From Elusimicrobiota bacterium (lineage in GTDB: Bacteria; Elusimicrobiota; Endomicrobiia; Endomicrobiales; JBDRNC01), in assembly GCA_043811535.1 (NCBI GenBank), contig JBDRNC010000023.1:2216-66215 (forward strand): a stretch of 64,000 bases of DNA. Direction: 5' to 3'. Under the pieces are notes generated by a model. The model saw only the letters and a list, made by a program, of their open reading frames with translations, was not told the origin of the DNA and made no database searches. Below are positions 34,314 through 44,295 of this stretch, piece after piece. Position numbers and translations under genes: made by a program. The first letter of the stretch is position 1. Every line of letters begins with the position of its first letter.

Positions 34314-36392
34314 GTGGAAAAAGTTGTCAAAAAGATTGAGGTCGGGGGAAAGACCCTGACAATCGAGACGGGACACATAGCCAGGCAGGCGAACGGCGCT
34401 TGCCAGGTGACGGTAGGCGATACATCCATACTTGTCACCGCGGTATCGGGGCGCGAGCCTAAGAAAGACGTTGATTTCATGCCGCTCACGGTTGATTTCA
34501 GGGAGCGGACCTATGCCGCAGGGAAAATTCCCGGCGGTTTTTTTAAAAGAGAGTCAAGACCGAGAGATAAAGAAATACTTACGAGCCGCCTCATAGACAG
34601 GACCATAAGGCCCTTGTTCCCCGAATTTTGGAGAAACGTAACCCAGCTCGGCGTGATTTTGCTCTCATATGACGGCGTCAATGACGCGGATGTTCTCGGC
34701 ATAATGGGAGCTTCCATCGCCTTAAGAATGTCCGATATACCTTTTGCGGCCCCCGTAGCAGCGGTAAGGATAGGACGTATCAACGGAAATTTTGTCATCT
34801 ATCCCACGGTGGAGGAACAGAAATCGTCCGATCTGGATCTGGATATGGTGGTCAGCGGGACCAAGGACGCCATCCTGATGGTTGAGGCCGGCGCGAACGA
34901 GCTCCCGGAAAGTGAACTGATACAGGCACTGTCAAGGGCGCACGAAGAAATCAAAAAGATATGCGATTTCCAGGCGTCTTTCCAGGAAAAACCTAAGATG
35001 CAGGCGGCAGCTCCCGATATCGAAGCGGGCCTTAAAAAAGTGATTGAAGACGCCGCGGTTCCAAAAACCGAGCAGGTAGTCAGGATAAAAGAAAAATCCG
35101 AACGCGAACTTGCCTGGAACACGTTCAAGAAGGAATTAAAAGCCGGGCTCGCCGAAAAATACCCCGAACAGGAATCCAATATAGAATACCTGCTGGAAGA
35201 CACGCTTTACAGAAAAGCAAGGGCGTTGATACTCAACGACAAGGTGCGCACGGACGGCAGGAAAATGGACGAAATAAGGCCCATAGAATGCCTTACAGGC
35301 GTACTTCCGAGAACGCACGGTTCGGCCATCTTCACGCGCGGGCAGACGCAGGCTCTTGTCACAGCCACATTAGGAACACCCGATGATATGCAGAGAATGG
35401 ACGAACTGGGAGGGGAATACAAGGAAAGATTCCTTTTCCATTATAACTTCCCCGGTTTCGCCACGGGCGAGCCAAAACCTGAACGTTCGGCCGGCCGCAG
35501 GGAAATCGGGCACGGCGCATTGGCAAGGCGCGCTCTTCTGCGACTGCTACCGAGCGAAGCGGATTTTCCCTACACCATAAGGATAGTTTCCGATATACTT
35601 GAATCAAACGGTTCATCCTCGATGGCTTCGGTCTGCGGCGGTTCGCTCGCGCTTTTTGACGCCGGTGTTCCCGTAAAATCAGACTGCGCCGGAATCGCGA
35701 TGGGGCTCATCAAGGAAGACGCAAACTACGCTATCCTTACTGATATAATGGGTATGGAAGACCATCTCGGCGATATGGATTTCAAGGTCGCCGGCACAAA
35801 GAAAGGCATAACCGCCCTCCAGATGGACATAAAGATATCCGGCCTCGATATGAATATAATGACCGAGGCGCTTGAAAGGGCGAGGGTCGGCAGGATGTTC
35901 ATTCTCGACAAGATGGAACAGACTATGGCGGCTCCAAAGAACGAAATATCGAATTACGCGCCGAGCATGGTCATCGTACAGATACCTCAGGCAAAAATAG
36001 GCGAACTTATCGGTCCCGGCGGGAAGAATATCCGCAAACTGCAGGAGGATACCGGCGCCGAGATCAATATAGAAGAGGACGGCAGAGTCTTCATTTCCAG
36101 CACCGACAAGGAAGCTGTCGCGCGCTGCAAGGAACTGGTTGAGTGCATCTCGGCTGAAGCCGAGGTGGGCAAGATATACAAGGGCAAAGTAATGAGGCTG
36201 ATGAATTTCGGCGCTTTTGTCGAAATACTGCCCGGCAAAGAAGGCCTTGTCCATATATCACGGCTTGCCGAAGGGCATGTCAAGAAAGTTGAGGATGTCG
36301 TCAAAGAAGGCGACACCGTATCCGTGAAAGTATATGAAATTGACAGCCAGAACAGGATAAACCTGAGCATGAAAGGCGTGCCGCAAAAATAG
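34314..36392 (+). CDS. pnp: Polynucleotide phosphorylase
   Basis: Two RNase PH domains, a KH domain and an S1 domain ('GKVMRLMNFGAFVEILPGKEGLVHIS'). GTG 34314 lies 7 nt after AAGGAG. The track start at 34278 is also possible. Confidence 0.93.
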   Translation: MEKVVKKIEVGGKTLTIETGHIARQANGACQVTVGDTSILVTAVSGREPKKDVDFMPLTVDFRERTYAAGKIPGGFFKRESRPRDKEILTSRLIDRTIRPLFPEFWRNVTQLGVILLSYDGVNDADVLGIMGASIALRMSDIPFAAPVAAVRIGRINGNFVIYPTVEEQKSSDLDLDMVVSGTKDAILMVEAGANELPESELIQALSRAHEEIKKICDFQASFQEKPKMQAAAPDIEAGLKKVIEDAAVPKTEQVVRIKEKSERELAWNTFKKELKAGLAEKYPEQESNIEYLLEDTLYRKARALILNDKVRTDGRKMDEIRPIECLTGVLPRTHGSAIFTRGQTQALVTATLGTPDDMQRMDELGGEYKERFLFHYNFPGFATGEPKPERSAGRREIGHGALARRALLRLLPSEADFPYTIRIVSDILESNGSSSMASVCGGSLALFDAGVPVKSDCAGIAMGLIKEDANYAILTDIMGMEDHLGDMDFKVAGTKKGITALQMDIKISGLDMNIMTEALERARVGRMFILDKMEQTMAAPKNEISNYAPSMVIVQIPQAKIGELIGPGGKNIRKLQEDTGAEINIEEDGRVFISSTDKEAVARCKELVECISAEAEVGKIYKGKVMRLMNFGAFVEILPGKEGLVHISRLAEGHVKKVEDVVKEGDTVSVKVYEIDSQNRINLSMKGVPQK

Positions 36393-36413
36393 AAACCGCT
36401 CTAAACGGAGTTC

Positions 36414-36498
36414 ACCCCGTTAGAGATTTACAAGTAGGCGTTATTTTGATAATTGGATAAAAAACGGTCGTCTGATGACGACTTATCTCTAACGGGGT
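36414..36498. repeat. 85-nt element bounded by perfect 14-bp inverted repeats ACCCCGTTAGAGAT / ATCTCTAACGGGGT
   Basis: IRs at 36414-36427 and 36485-36498. The GGGG of the right IR sits 6-7 nt before the accB ATG. Confidence 0.8.
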
Positions 36499-36504
36499 AA
36501 ATTG

Positions 36505-36990
36505 ATGAAGGAAACAGTAAACGAGAAGGGGAAGCCTCTTAAGAAACAGGTCAGCGCTCTTTATGACCTGATGAAGTCCGAGAATCTTGATGAGCTTGAG
36601 ATTAAGGACAATGGACTGCACGTTCATCTTAAGCGCAAGGGAATAAGAGCGAAACCGCAAGTTGCCGAGCAATTGCCGCGGCAGACAAAAGCGTCCGCCT
36701 CGGAGCAGCAGTCTTCAACCGCGCCGGCCCGGGAGGGCGGAAACACGAACGGCGATACCATAAAATCCCCCATCACGGGCGTTTTCTACAGGGCTCCGTC
36801 GCCTTCGTCCCCGCCGTTCATCAAAGAAGGCGACACCATTGACACGGGCAAGACTCTTTGCATTGTTGAAGCGATGAAAGTTATGAACGAGATAAAGGCG
36901 GAGAACAGGATGAAAATACTCAAGATCCTGCTGGAAAACGGCAAATCAGTGACGGCCGGCCAGGAAATTCTTGTTATTGAAAAACTCTGA
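36505..36990 (+). CDS. accB: Biotin carboxyl carrier protein (AccB-like), with no adjacent accC
   Basis: 'CIVEAMKVMNEIKAE' biotinyl-Lys motif and a Pro/Ala-rich linker. Confidence 0.85.
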   Translation: MKETVNEKGKPLKKQVSALYDLMKSENLDELEIKDNGLHVHLKRKGIRAKPQVAEQLPRQTKASASEQQSSTAPAREGGNTNGDTIKSPITGVFYRAPSPSSPPFIKEGDTIDTGKTLCIVEAMKVMNEIKAENRMKILKILLENGKSVTAGQEILVIEKL

Positions 36991-36991
36991 T

Positions 36992-37198
36992 ATGCAGGAA
37001 ATCGTCGGAAAAGCAGCCGGGGATATCTGGCAGTATCTAAAAGAAAACGGGCCGTCTACCGCGCTTAAGATAAAATCGGCTCTCGGAATCTCAAACAGCA
37101 TTCTGCACCTCGGGCTGGGCTGGCTTTCGCGCGAAGGCAAAGTTGAAATAGCGGAATCCGGGCACACGCTTAATATCTCATTAAAATCCGATGCTTGA
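36992..37198 (+). CDS. Small winged-helix protein (DUF2582-like)
   Basis: 'AGDIWQYLKENGPSTALKIKSAL...LGLGWLSREGKV'. Tightly packed between accB (1-nt gap) and uppP (8-nt overlap). Confidence 0.55.
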   Translation: MQEIVGKAAGDIWQYLKENGPSTALKIKSALGISNSILHLGLGWLSREGKVEIAESGHTLNISLKSDA

Positions 37199-37949
37199 CA
37201 CGACCATACTTGGCATTGTGCAGGGCCTTACGGAGTTCCTTCCGGTTTCTTCAAGCGCTCACCTGGTTTTCATTCAGTCACTCTTGGGATGGCAACAACC
37301 AGAACTATTTTTTGACATAATGCTGCACATGGCGACGCTTGCCGCGGTGCTCGTGTTTTTCAGGAAAGAAATATTAAATATAGCGAAGGGCGACTGGAAA
37401 TACCTTTTTTTGCTTGCGGCGGCGACGGTTCCAACCGGGATCATTGGCTATCTGGCGAAGGATTACGTTGAAACCGCATTTATGTCAGTCGGGTGGGCGG
37501 CTGTTTTTCTTATAATAACGGGTTTTATGCTCCTGGCGGCTCAGAAATACGGCAGGAGCTTCAAGTCGCACGCGGATATAACACTAAGGGACGCGCTGAT
37601 AATAGGCATCATTCAGGGGATAGCGGTCCTGCCCGGCATATCACGGTCGGGCTCAACGATAGCCGTCGCGATGCTTCTGGGCATTGAGAAAACCGAGGCC
37701 GCTAAGTTCGCTTTTCTTCTGTCAATACCCGCGATACTCGGCGCGGCCGCGCTGGGGCTCAATGAATTCGGGGCCGAGACCCACGTCGCGGCAGCAGGAC
37801 ATGTGTACGGCGCGGTATTCGCTTTCGTCGCTGGTTTATTCGCCATCTATCTGCTCATGAAAGTACTTGTTAAGAATAAACTGACGTATTTTTCGTATTA
37901 CTGCTGGGCATTAGGGCTTATAGTACTGTCATTGAACTTCTTTAAATAA
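37191..37949 (+). CDS. uppP: Undecaprenyl-diphosphate phosphatase
   Basis: 'GIVQGLTEFLPVSSSAHL' and 'PGISRSGSTI'. Confidence 0.92.
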   Translation: MLDTTILGIVQGLTEFLPVSSSAHLVFIQSLLGWQQPELFFDIMLHMATLAAVLVFFRKEILNIAKGDWKYLFLLAAATVPTGIIGYLAKDYVETAFMSVGWAAVFLIITGFMLLAAQKYGRSFKSHADITLRDALIIGIIQGIAVLPGISRSGSTIAVAMLLGIEKTEAAKFAFLLSIPAILGAAALGLNEFGAETHVAAAGHVYGAVFAFVAGLFAIYLLMKVLVKNKLTYFSYYCWALGLIVLSLNFFK

Positions 37950-38007
37950 CGTGGTCTTTGTTCTTGTCTTTCTAGTCACTGATCACTAGTCACTGGGCAC
38001 TAATAAT

Positions 38008-40218
38008 ATGTATTTTAGAGTGAAAGCGAAAAAGAAAAAAGGCATTTCAAGGGAACTCCAGGGGTTCCTATTAATCCTTGTGGGCATCTTTCTAGGCTAC
38101 TGCCTTATCCTGCCGGATCAGACAGGCGCGATCGGACAGTCGGTCGCCAGGTTTTTCGGAGTCGCCTGCGGGAAAGCCGCTTATCTAATTCCGGTCCTTT
38201 TTTTCTGGTGGGGAATGCAGCTTATCAGGCCTTTGTCCCAGCTGCATGCCAGGCTTGACCTGATATGGAGCCTTGTGCTTTTATTGAGCGCATCGGCCTT
38301 CTTCTCGATTTTCGGAAGCATTTTTTACGGCGTCAATTTCGGCGGGTGGACCGGCAAGAAAATAAATCCTCTTTTTCACAGGCTTTTCGGGGACTACCTC
38401 GCGCTCGGCATTACCGCTGGGCTTATAGTCTACGTAGCGAGCCAGCTTCTCAGGGTTTCCTTGCGCAAGCTCATCGCCATCGGCTGGCAGAAATTGCTCG
38501 AAGATTACGGCGAGTGGCAGAAAGCGCGCGAGTTGCTTAGGAAATCAGCCCCGCCTAAAATAAAATCCCAACCGAAAACGTACGGAAAGCCTGAACCAGG
38601 GCTTGAAAGACCCGGCATAAAGCAGGAACAACCCGTAGAACCCAATGTCCCGCCGAAGATAATAACCACACAGCAACCAAAACCCATAGCAACGGCCGAA
38701 CCTAAGAAACAACCCGTTCCCAGGAAACAGGACGTTCCGCCAGCCGAATCCAAACCAGCAGTCCCGCTGAATTATGTGCTGCCTTCCGTCGACATACTTG
38801 CCGATGAAAAAGACGCTTTGATAGAGAGCCGGCACGAAGAACACCTTGCAAACGCCGAACTTCTCACAAAGACGCTCGCGGATTTCGACATCTCGGCCAA
38901 GGTAAAGGAAATAATACCGGGGCCGGTCGTGACTCGATATGACATCGAACTTGCCCCCGGCATTAAACTCCAGGCGGTCAGCGCGCTATCCGAGAACATA
39001 GCCCTGTCCATGCGTTCGCCATCCGTGCGCATAGTTCCCGTTCCGGAAAAATCGGCCGTGGGCATTGAAGTTCCGAACTCAAAAAGCAAGATAGTAGGAC
39101 TCAAGGGGATTATTACAAGCCCCGGCTACGTCGGCGCGAGCTCGCTCCTTACACTGGCGATGGGAAGGACTACGGACGGTGAGGCCTACGTGACCAACCT
39201 TACGCCGATGCCGCACCTGCTTGTCGCTGGCGCGACCGGATCCGGAAAAAGCGTGTGCATACACAGTGTGATACTTTCGCTTCTTTATAAGGCAAAACCG
39301 GACGAAGTCAAGTTACTTCTTATAGACCCCAAGAGGCTCGAACTGCCTTTATACAGAGGATTACCGCATCTATACGACCCGCGAGTGCCTTGCGATCAGG
39401 TTGATATAATCACTCAGCCGAAGGAAGCTGCGGAATCCCTTAAAAAACTTGTCAAGGTGATGGAGAAGCGCTACGAGAAGTTCGCGAATGAAACGGTCAG
39501 AAACATAGAAGGCTACAACGAAAAAATGGCGGAAACCGGCGGACAAAAAGAATTTTATATCGTAGTAATAATAGATGAACTCGCCGACCTCATACTTCTT
39601 TCAACGAAAGATGTGGAAAATTCCATCCAGCGCCTCGCGCAGATGGCGAGAGCCGTCGGCATACACCTGATACTGGCTACACAGCGCCCGTCGGTTGACG
39701 TAATAACGGGCGTTATCAAAGCGAATTTCTCGGCCCGCATCGCGTTCCAGACGACGTCCAAGGTTGATTCGCGCGTCATACTTGACGTGATCGGCGCCGA
39801 AGACCTGCTCGGGCGCGGCGACATGCTGTTCCTTCCTCCGGGAGAATCAAGGCCGGCGCGGCTCCAGGGAGCTTTCGTTTCGGTCAAGGAAACGGAAAAA
39901 GTGATAAAATTCATCACCTCGCAGGGCATCAAACCTCAGTATGAGGACCTTTTCGCAAGGCCGGCCGGCAGCACTCTCTCCGAAGATGAGGGTGACAGCG
40001 AAGAGACGACACAGGAACTGATAAGGGCGCTTCGCCTTATTCAAGAGAGGAAGAGAATATCTCAGGACCTTCTCAAGGCGCACTTCGGTTCGTCCGCGAG
40101 AGCTACTAACATTTTGAGCCTGCTTGAAACAAAGGGATTTATACATAAACCGGAAGGCACTAACCGCTGGAGCATATACTACGACAAGATAGACGAATTT
40201 CTTAAAAGTCGTCAATAA
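38008..40218 (+). CDS. ftsK: DNA translocase FtsK
   Basis: N-terminal TM segments, a Pro/Lys-rich linker, 'VAGATGSGKSV', 'VVIIDELADL', and a gamma wHTH at the C-terminus. Confidence 0.93.
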   Translation: MYFRVKAKKKKGISRELQGFLLILVGIFLGYCLILPDQTGAIGQSVARFFGVACGKAAYLIPVLFFWWGMQLIRPLSQLHARLDLIWSLVLLLSASAFFSIFGSIFYGVNFGGWTGKKINPLFHRLFGDYLALGITAGLIVYVASQLLRVSLRKLIAIGWQKLLEDYGEWQKARELLRKSAPPKIKSQPKTYGKPEPGLERPGIKQEQPVEPNVPPKIITTQQPKPIATAEPKKQPVPRKQDVPPAESKPAVPLNYVLPSVDILADEKDALIESRHEEHLANAELLTKTLADFDISAKVKEIIPGPVVTRYDIELAPGIKLQAVSALSENIALSMRSPSVRIVPVPEKSAVGIEVPNSKSKIVGLKGIITSPGYVGASSLLTLAMGRTTDGEAYVTNLTPMPHLLVAGATGSGKSVCIHSVILSLLYKAKPDEVKLLLIDPKRLELPLYRGLPHLYDPRVPCDQVDIITQPKEAAESLKKLVKVMEKRYEKFANETVRNIEGYNEKMAETGGQKEFYIVVIIDELADLILLSTKDVENSIQRLAQMARAVGIHLILATQRPSVDVITGVIKANFSARIAFQTTSKVDSRVILDVIGAEDLLGRGDMLFLPPGESRPARLQGAFVSVKETEKVIKFITSQGIKPQYEDLFARPAGSTLSEDEGDSEETTQELIRALRLIQERKRISQDLLKAHFGSSARATNILSLLETKGFIHKPEGTNRWSIYYDKIDEFLKSRQ

Positions 40219-40221
40219 TAC

Positions 40222-40305
40222 CAAGTTTCAACTGTTTCAGCCGTTTCAACCGTTTAACATCGTTCAACAGATGAAACTATTGGAACAGTTGAAACGGTTT
40301 GAACG
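40222..40305. repeat. Hairpin repeat ('gtttcaac' words)
   Basis: ccgtttcaac pairs with gttgaaacgg. gtttcaactgtt pairs with aacagttgaaac as an alternative. Confidence 0.6.
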
Positions 40306-40317
40306 TAAATTAATAGC

Positions 40318-40977
40318 ATGGGAATTTCTATGAAAAAAGTATTTATTATTCTGATCGCGTTATTTGTCTATAGTATTCCTGTTTTAGCCGAGGATTTTGA
40401 CCTCGACAAATTTCTCCTTGACATGGAAAACTCCGAAAAGACGCTTGAAAACGTGAAGTTTGACTATACCCAGGAGATATCCTTTCCTCTCACCGGCGAA
40501 AAACAGATTAGCAACGGACAGGTCATTTTCGCCAAACCGTCCAACATTTACATAAAGCAACTGAAACCACTGGAACAGATCATCGTTTCCGACGGAAAGA
40601 AAGTGTGGATATACACGCCGGATTACAACCAGGTAATAACGGACAATTGGAAGAAATGGACAAAGAACAGCATGATACCGGATTCCCTGCTGAACATGAA
40701 GCAAAACTGGACGGAATTGAAGGAAAAATACTCGTTCGCCTACGCTGATTCAGAACCCGATAGCAGGATACTCCTTCTGACTCCCAAGAAAAAGGACATC
40801 TGGAAGATTAAGTTCTGGGTAAACTCCAAGACCTACATCGTGAACAAACTCATACTGTATGCCGAAAACATATCGGTTGCGACAACTTCCTATAACTATA
40901 AGATCAATACCGAGATCGATAAGAATATTTTCAAATTCAAGCCGCCGAAAGGCGCTGAAGTTCTGAAAATGGAATAA
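40318..40977 (+). CDS. LolA-like outer-membrane lipoprotein carrier/sorting protein
   Basis: Signal peptide present. 'GQVIFAKPSNIYIKQLKPLEQIIVSDGKKVWIYTPDYNQV' is LolA-fold-like. Confidence 0.6.
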   Translation: MGISMKKVFIILIALFVYSIPVLAEDFDLDKFLLDMENSEKTLENVKFDYTQEISFPLTGEKQISNGQVIFAKPSNIYIKQLKPLEQIIVSDGKKVWIYTPDYNQVITDNWKKWTKNSMIPDSLLNMKQNWTELKEKYSFAYADSEPDSRILLLTPKKKDIWKIKFWVNSKTYIVNKLILYAENISVATTSYNYKINTEIDKNIFKFKPPKGAEVLKME

Positions 40978-41036
40978 TTACTTCAGCAATTAGCTATTAG
41001 CAATTGGCAATTAGTTAACGACAAAGCAAGGAAAAA

Positions 41037-41750
41037 ATGAAACTTATAGGCGAGATACTCAAAAAAAGGCGCGAAGAGCGAAAACTGACTCTTGAAGAGA
41101 TTCACAACGATACGTATATCTCCAAAGGGTACATTAAGGCGCTTGAAGAAGGGAATATGGATGTATTTCCCGCCGAAGTCTACTATCTCGGTTTTCTTAA
41201 GAGATACGCCTCATACCTCAGACTCAATCCCGACGAACTCGTCAGCAGGTATTACAATTCCATCAAACAACGCGTAGAGACCTCCGAAGATTTCAAGATA
41301 AACAAAAAAATAATTAATTACAGGCCGGTTCTCTTTATTATTCTCTTCGCGATCTTTTCCGTGACAGCTTACCTTTTATACAAGAGTTCCTCATATTTTA
41401 TCAGAAATAACGGGAACGGCGAGTTGGCGCGACAGCAATCTGCCGCGGCGACTGAGAATCCTGATAACGTCAATTCCGCGCCGCTTACGCTGGAAATTGA
41501 AATAGTTGAGAACTCATGGATAAAGGTTGTTACGGACGATAAAGTTGTTTTTGAGGGCATTCTTAGTTCCGGAAAGAAACAAAAATGGACCGCCGGAAAC
41601 AATATCAGGCTTAACATAGGCTACACGACCGGGGTAAAAGTCAGGCTTAACGGTGAACCGGTTGACATCACAAAAGGCGCAAGACAGGAAGTAAACGAGC
41701 TTAATTTCAACGCAAAAGATCTAAGCCCTAAAAAAGTGAAGCAACCTTAG
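41037..41750 (+). CDS. rodZ: RodZ-like cytoskeleton protein (HTH + TM + DUF4115)
   Basis: N-terminal Xre-type HTH, one TM segment, and C-terminal 'SWIKVVTDDKVVFEGIL...GVKVRLNGEPV'. Confidence 0.7.
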   Translation: MKLIGEILKKRREERKLTLEEIHNDTYISKGYIKALEEGNMDVFPAEVYYLGFLKRYASYLRLNPDELVSRYYNSIKQRVETSEDFKINKKIINYRPVLFIILFAIFSVTAYLLYKSSSYFIRNNGNGELARQQSAAATENPDNVNSAPLTLEIEIVENSWIKVVTDDKVVFEGILSSGKKQKWTAGNNIRLNIGYTTGVKVRLNGEPVDITKGARQEVNELNFNAKDLSPKKVKQP

Positions 41751-41936
41751 AAGTATGCTTCACTCTTCGGCGGAATCCGCCGAAGCATCCACCTTCGCTA
41801 ATCGTGTCATCAATAAACGCAGCTATTTCACCCTTCGGGTGATCTCCCGTAGGGATGACACAGCATTGTTGACACAGTTTCGGTGGATTATCCTTTTCGC
41901 CCCGATACGTCAGGGCGAAGGCGGACAAACCGGCAA

Positions 41937-43229
41937 ATGAAACTCTGCCTGATAACCCTCGGCTGCCCCAAAAATACCGTTGAAGGCGAAAAACTGGCAG
42001 GACTGATCGAAAAGCACGGATGGTCTCTTACGACGAAGCTGGACGGCGCCGATGCGGCGGTCATTCACACATGTTCTTTCATAAAGGACGCAAAGGAAGA
42101 ATCCATGCAGGGAATTGCGTCGCTCTCCGAGCTTAAAAAAAGCGGGGCAATAGGCAAGTTATTCGTTACCGGCTGCCTTGTTCAGGAAGAAAGATCAACG
42201 CTGCGCGGCCGTTTCCCGCTTGTGGACGGAATACTAGGTACCGGCGAACTCGAGAAACTGCCCGCGATGCTTTCCGGCAGGAAACAGGACCTGACTTTCG
42301 AGCCGGGAGGCCTGCTTGACACGAACGCGCCGAGGCTCCTGTCATCGGATATCCCGTCGGCTTACCTGCGGATAGCGGAAGGATGCGACCACACTTGCAG
42401 CTTCTGCGCTATACCTTCGCTCCGGGGCGGATACAAGAGCAGGGAGATGGGAAATATCACGGGCGAAGCGACAGAACTTGCCCGCCGCGGCATAAAAGAG
42501 CTGGTTCTGATAGCCCAGGATACGACATTCTACGGCAAAGACATATATTCCGCTTTCAGACTTCCCGCGCTTCTGCGGAAGCTCGCGGCGATAGACGGCA
42601 TTGAATGGATAAGGATATTGTACGCCTATCCCGACACGCTTACCGACGAGATGCTCGAAACCATCGGTTTGGAACCTAAGATCTGCAAGTACTTGGATAT
42701 CCCGCTCCAGCACGTCAGCGCGGGCGTTTTAAGGAAGATGCGCAGAAAACCCGGCGGGCTTCAGCTTATTCGCAAGATCAAGTCAAGATTCCCGGATATG
42801 GCGTTGCGAACGACCTTTATCACGGGTTTCCCGGGCGAAACAAAAAAAGATTTCAGTGAACTGCTTGAAGCCGTTTCCGGGGGCTGGTTTGACCATGTTG
42901 GGGTGTTTGAATTCTCTCCGCATCCGGGAACACGGTCTTTCGGCATGCCGGGAAAAATAAGCGAAGCGGTAAAAAAAGAAAGAAAAAAAGAGCTTATGCT
43001 AATGCAGCGGAATGTTGTCCGGGCAAAAAACAAGTCGCTGGCCGGTTCGCTGCAAAAAGTTCTCGTTGAAGGAGTTCTTAAGGGCGGCAATTATGTCGGC
43101 AGGGCTTCTTTCCAGGCTCCGGAGATAGATAATTTAGTGTATTTTTCGGGAAAGCCGAAGCCGGGACCGTTCCAGCGCGTCAAGATTACGGGTTATAAAG
43201 GTTATGATTTGACAGGGAAAATAATATGA
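41937..43229 (+). CDS. rimO: Ribosomal protein S12 methylthiotransferase RimO
   Basis: 'LGCPKN', radical-SAM 'CDHTCSFCAIP', and a TRAM C-terminus. Confidence 0.85.
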   Translation: MKLCLITLGCPKNTVEGEKLAGLIEKHGWSLTTKLDGADAAVIHTCSFIKDAKEESMQGIASLSELKKSGAIGKLFVTGCLVQEERSTLRGRFPLVDGILGTGELEKLPAMLSGRKQDLTFEPGGLLDTNAPRLLSSDIPSAYLRIAEGCDHTCSFCAIPSLRGGYKSREMGNITGEATELARRGIKELVLIAQDTTFYGKDIYSAFRLPALLRKLAAIDGIEWIRILYAYPDTLTDEMLETIGLEPKICKYLDIPLQHVSAGVLRKMRRKPGGLQLIRKIKSRFPDMALRTTFITGFPGETKKDFSELLEAVSGGWFDHVGVFEFSPHPGTRSFGMPGKISEAVKKERKKELMLMQRNVVRAKNKSLAGSLQKVLVEGVLKGGNYVGRASFQAPEIDNLVYFSGKPKPGPFQRVKITGYKGYDLTGKII

Positions 43230-43843
43230 ATCTTGCGAACAAACTCACTCTTTTAAGGATAGCCCTCGTGCCCGTGCTGGTAATGTTCATGTACGTGAAC
43301 AACTTCTGGACGCGCATTTTCGCCCTTGTCATTTTCATCCTGGCGGCGGTAACCGATATATACGACGGTTTTTTTGCCAGGAAGTACAAAACCATTACCA
43401 CCCTCGGCATATTCCTTGACCCCATAGCCGATAAATTGATAATATCCGCCGCATTCATTACTTTCGTCGGTCTCAAGGAGCTTCGTATACCCGCCTGGAT
43501 GGTCATTCTGATAATCACGCGCGAATTCATAATTACGGGACTGAGGTCCCTCGCCGCGTCAAAGAATATCGTCATCCCCGCGAAAAAATCAGGGAAATTC
43601 AAAACGACATCGCAGATCATTTCCATAATAGCGCTTCTTCTGATACTTATCGTAAACTCGGCGCTCTGGCGTTATTACCGTATTGTCCCTTCGGAACTCT
43701 TGTATTCCGCCGAAACGATGAAGTACGCCCTCGGATGGATACTCGTCAAACTGCCGTTCTGGCTGATGCTGATTACAACGACGCTCACCGTCATATCAGG
43801 CGCGACCTATTTAAAAGAGCACAAGGACTTGCTCAGGGAATGA
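43226..43843 (+). CDS. pgsA: CDP-diacylglycerol--glycerol-3-phosphate 3-phosphatidyltransferase
   Basis: 'AAVTDIYDGFFARK...LDPIADKL'. The start overlaps the rimO stop. Confidence 0.9.
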   Translation: MNLANKLTLLRIALVPVLVMFMYVNNFWTRIFALVIFILAAVTDIYDGFFARKYKTITTLGIFLDPIADKLIISAAFITFVGLKELRIPAWMVILIITREFIITGLRSLAASKNIVIPAKKSGKFKTTSQIISIIALLLILIVNSALWRYYRIVPSELLYSAETMKYALGWILVKLPFWLMLITTTLTVISGATYLKEHKDLLRE

Positions 43844-44295
43844 AGAACTTTATAGTAAAACTTATCTCGACGGGGCTTGGGACGGGTTATTCTCCTCTGG
43901 CTTCGGGCACGGCCGGAACCGCGCTGGCCTTCGGAATTTTCTGGTTCCTATGCCCCGAAGACGGCTTAATCCTGCTGATTATAGCTTTATGCCTGCTTGT
44001 TATTTCAATAGTGTCCGCGGGTATGGCGGAAAAGGTATTTGGCGCCAAAGACGACGGCCGCATTGTCATTGATGAGGTCGCGGGATATTTCTTCGCGGTG
44101 CTGTTCCTGCCGAAAACGCTTTTATTCGCGCTGTCCGCGTTTTTCCTGTTCCGTCTGTTTGACGTAATCAAGCCGCTCGGCATAAGGAAAACCCAGGACT
44201 GGCCCGGCGGGTGGGGCGTCACATTTGACGACATCTTCGCCGGCTTGCTGTCAAATATAATCCTACAGGTGGCCCATTATGCATTTAAAATTTAG
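43840..44295 (+). CDS. pgpA: Phosphatidylglycerophosphatase A
   Basis: 'GLGTGYSPLASGTAGT' and 'FRLFDVIKP'. ATGA overlap with pgsA. Confidence 0.85.
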   Translation: MKNFIVKLISTGLGTGYSPLASGTAGTALAFGIFWFLCPEDGLILLIIALCLLVISIVSAGMAEKVFGAKDDGRIVIDEVAGYFFAVLFLPKTLLFALSAFFLFRLFDVIKPLGIRKTQDWPGGWGVTFDDIFAGLLSNIILQVAHYAFKI

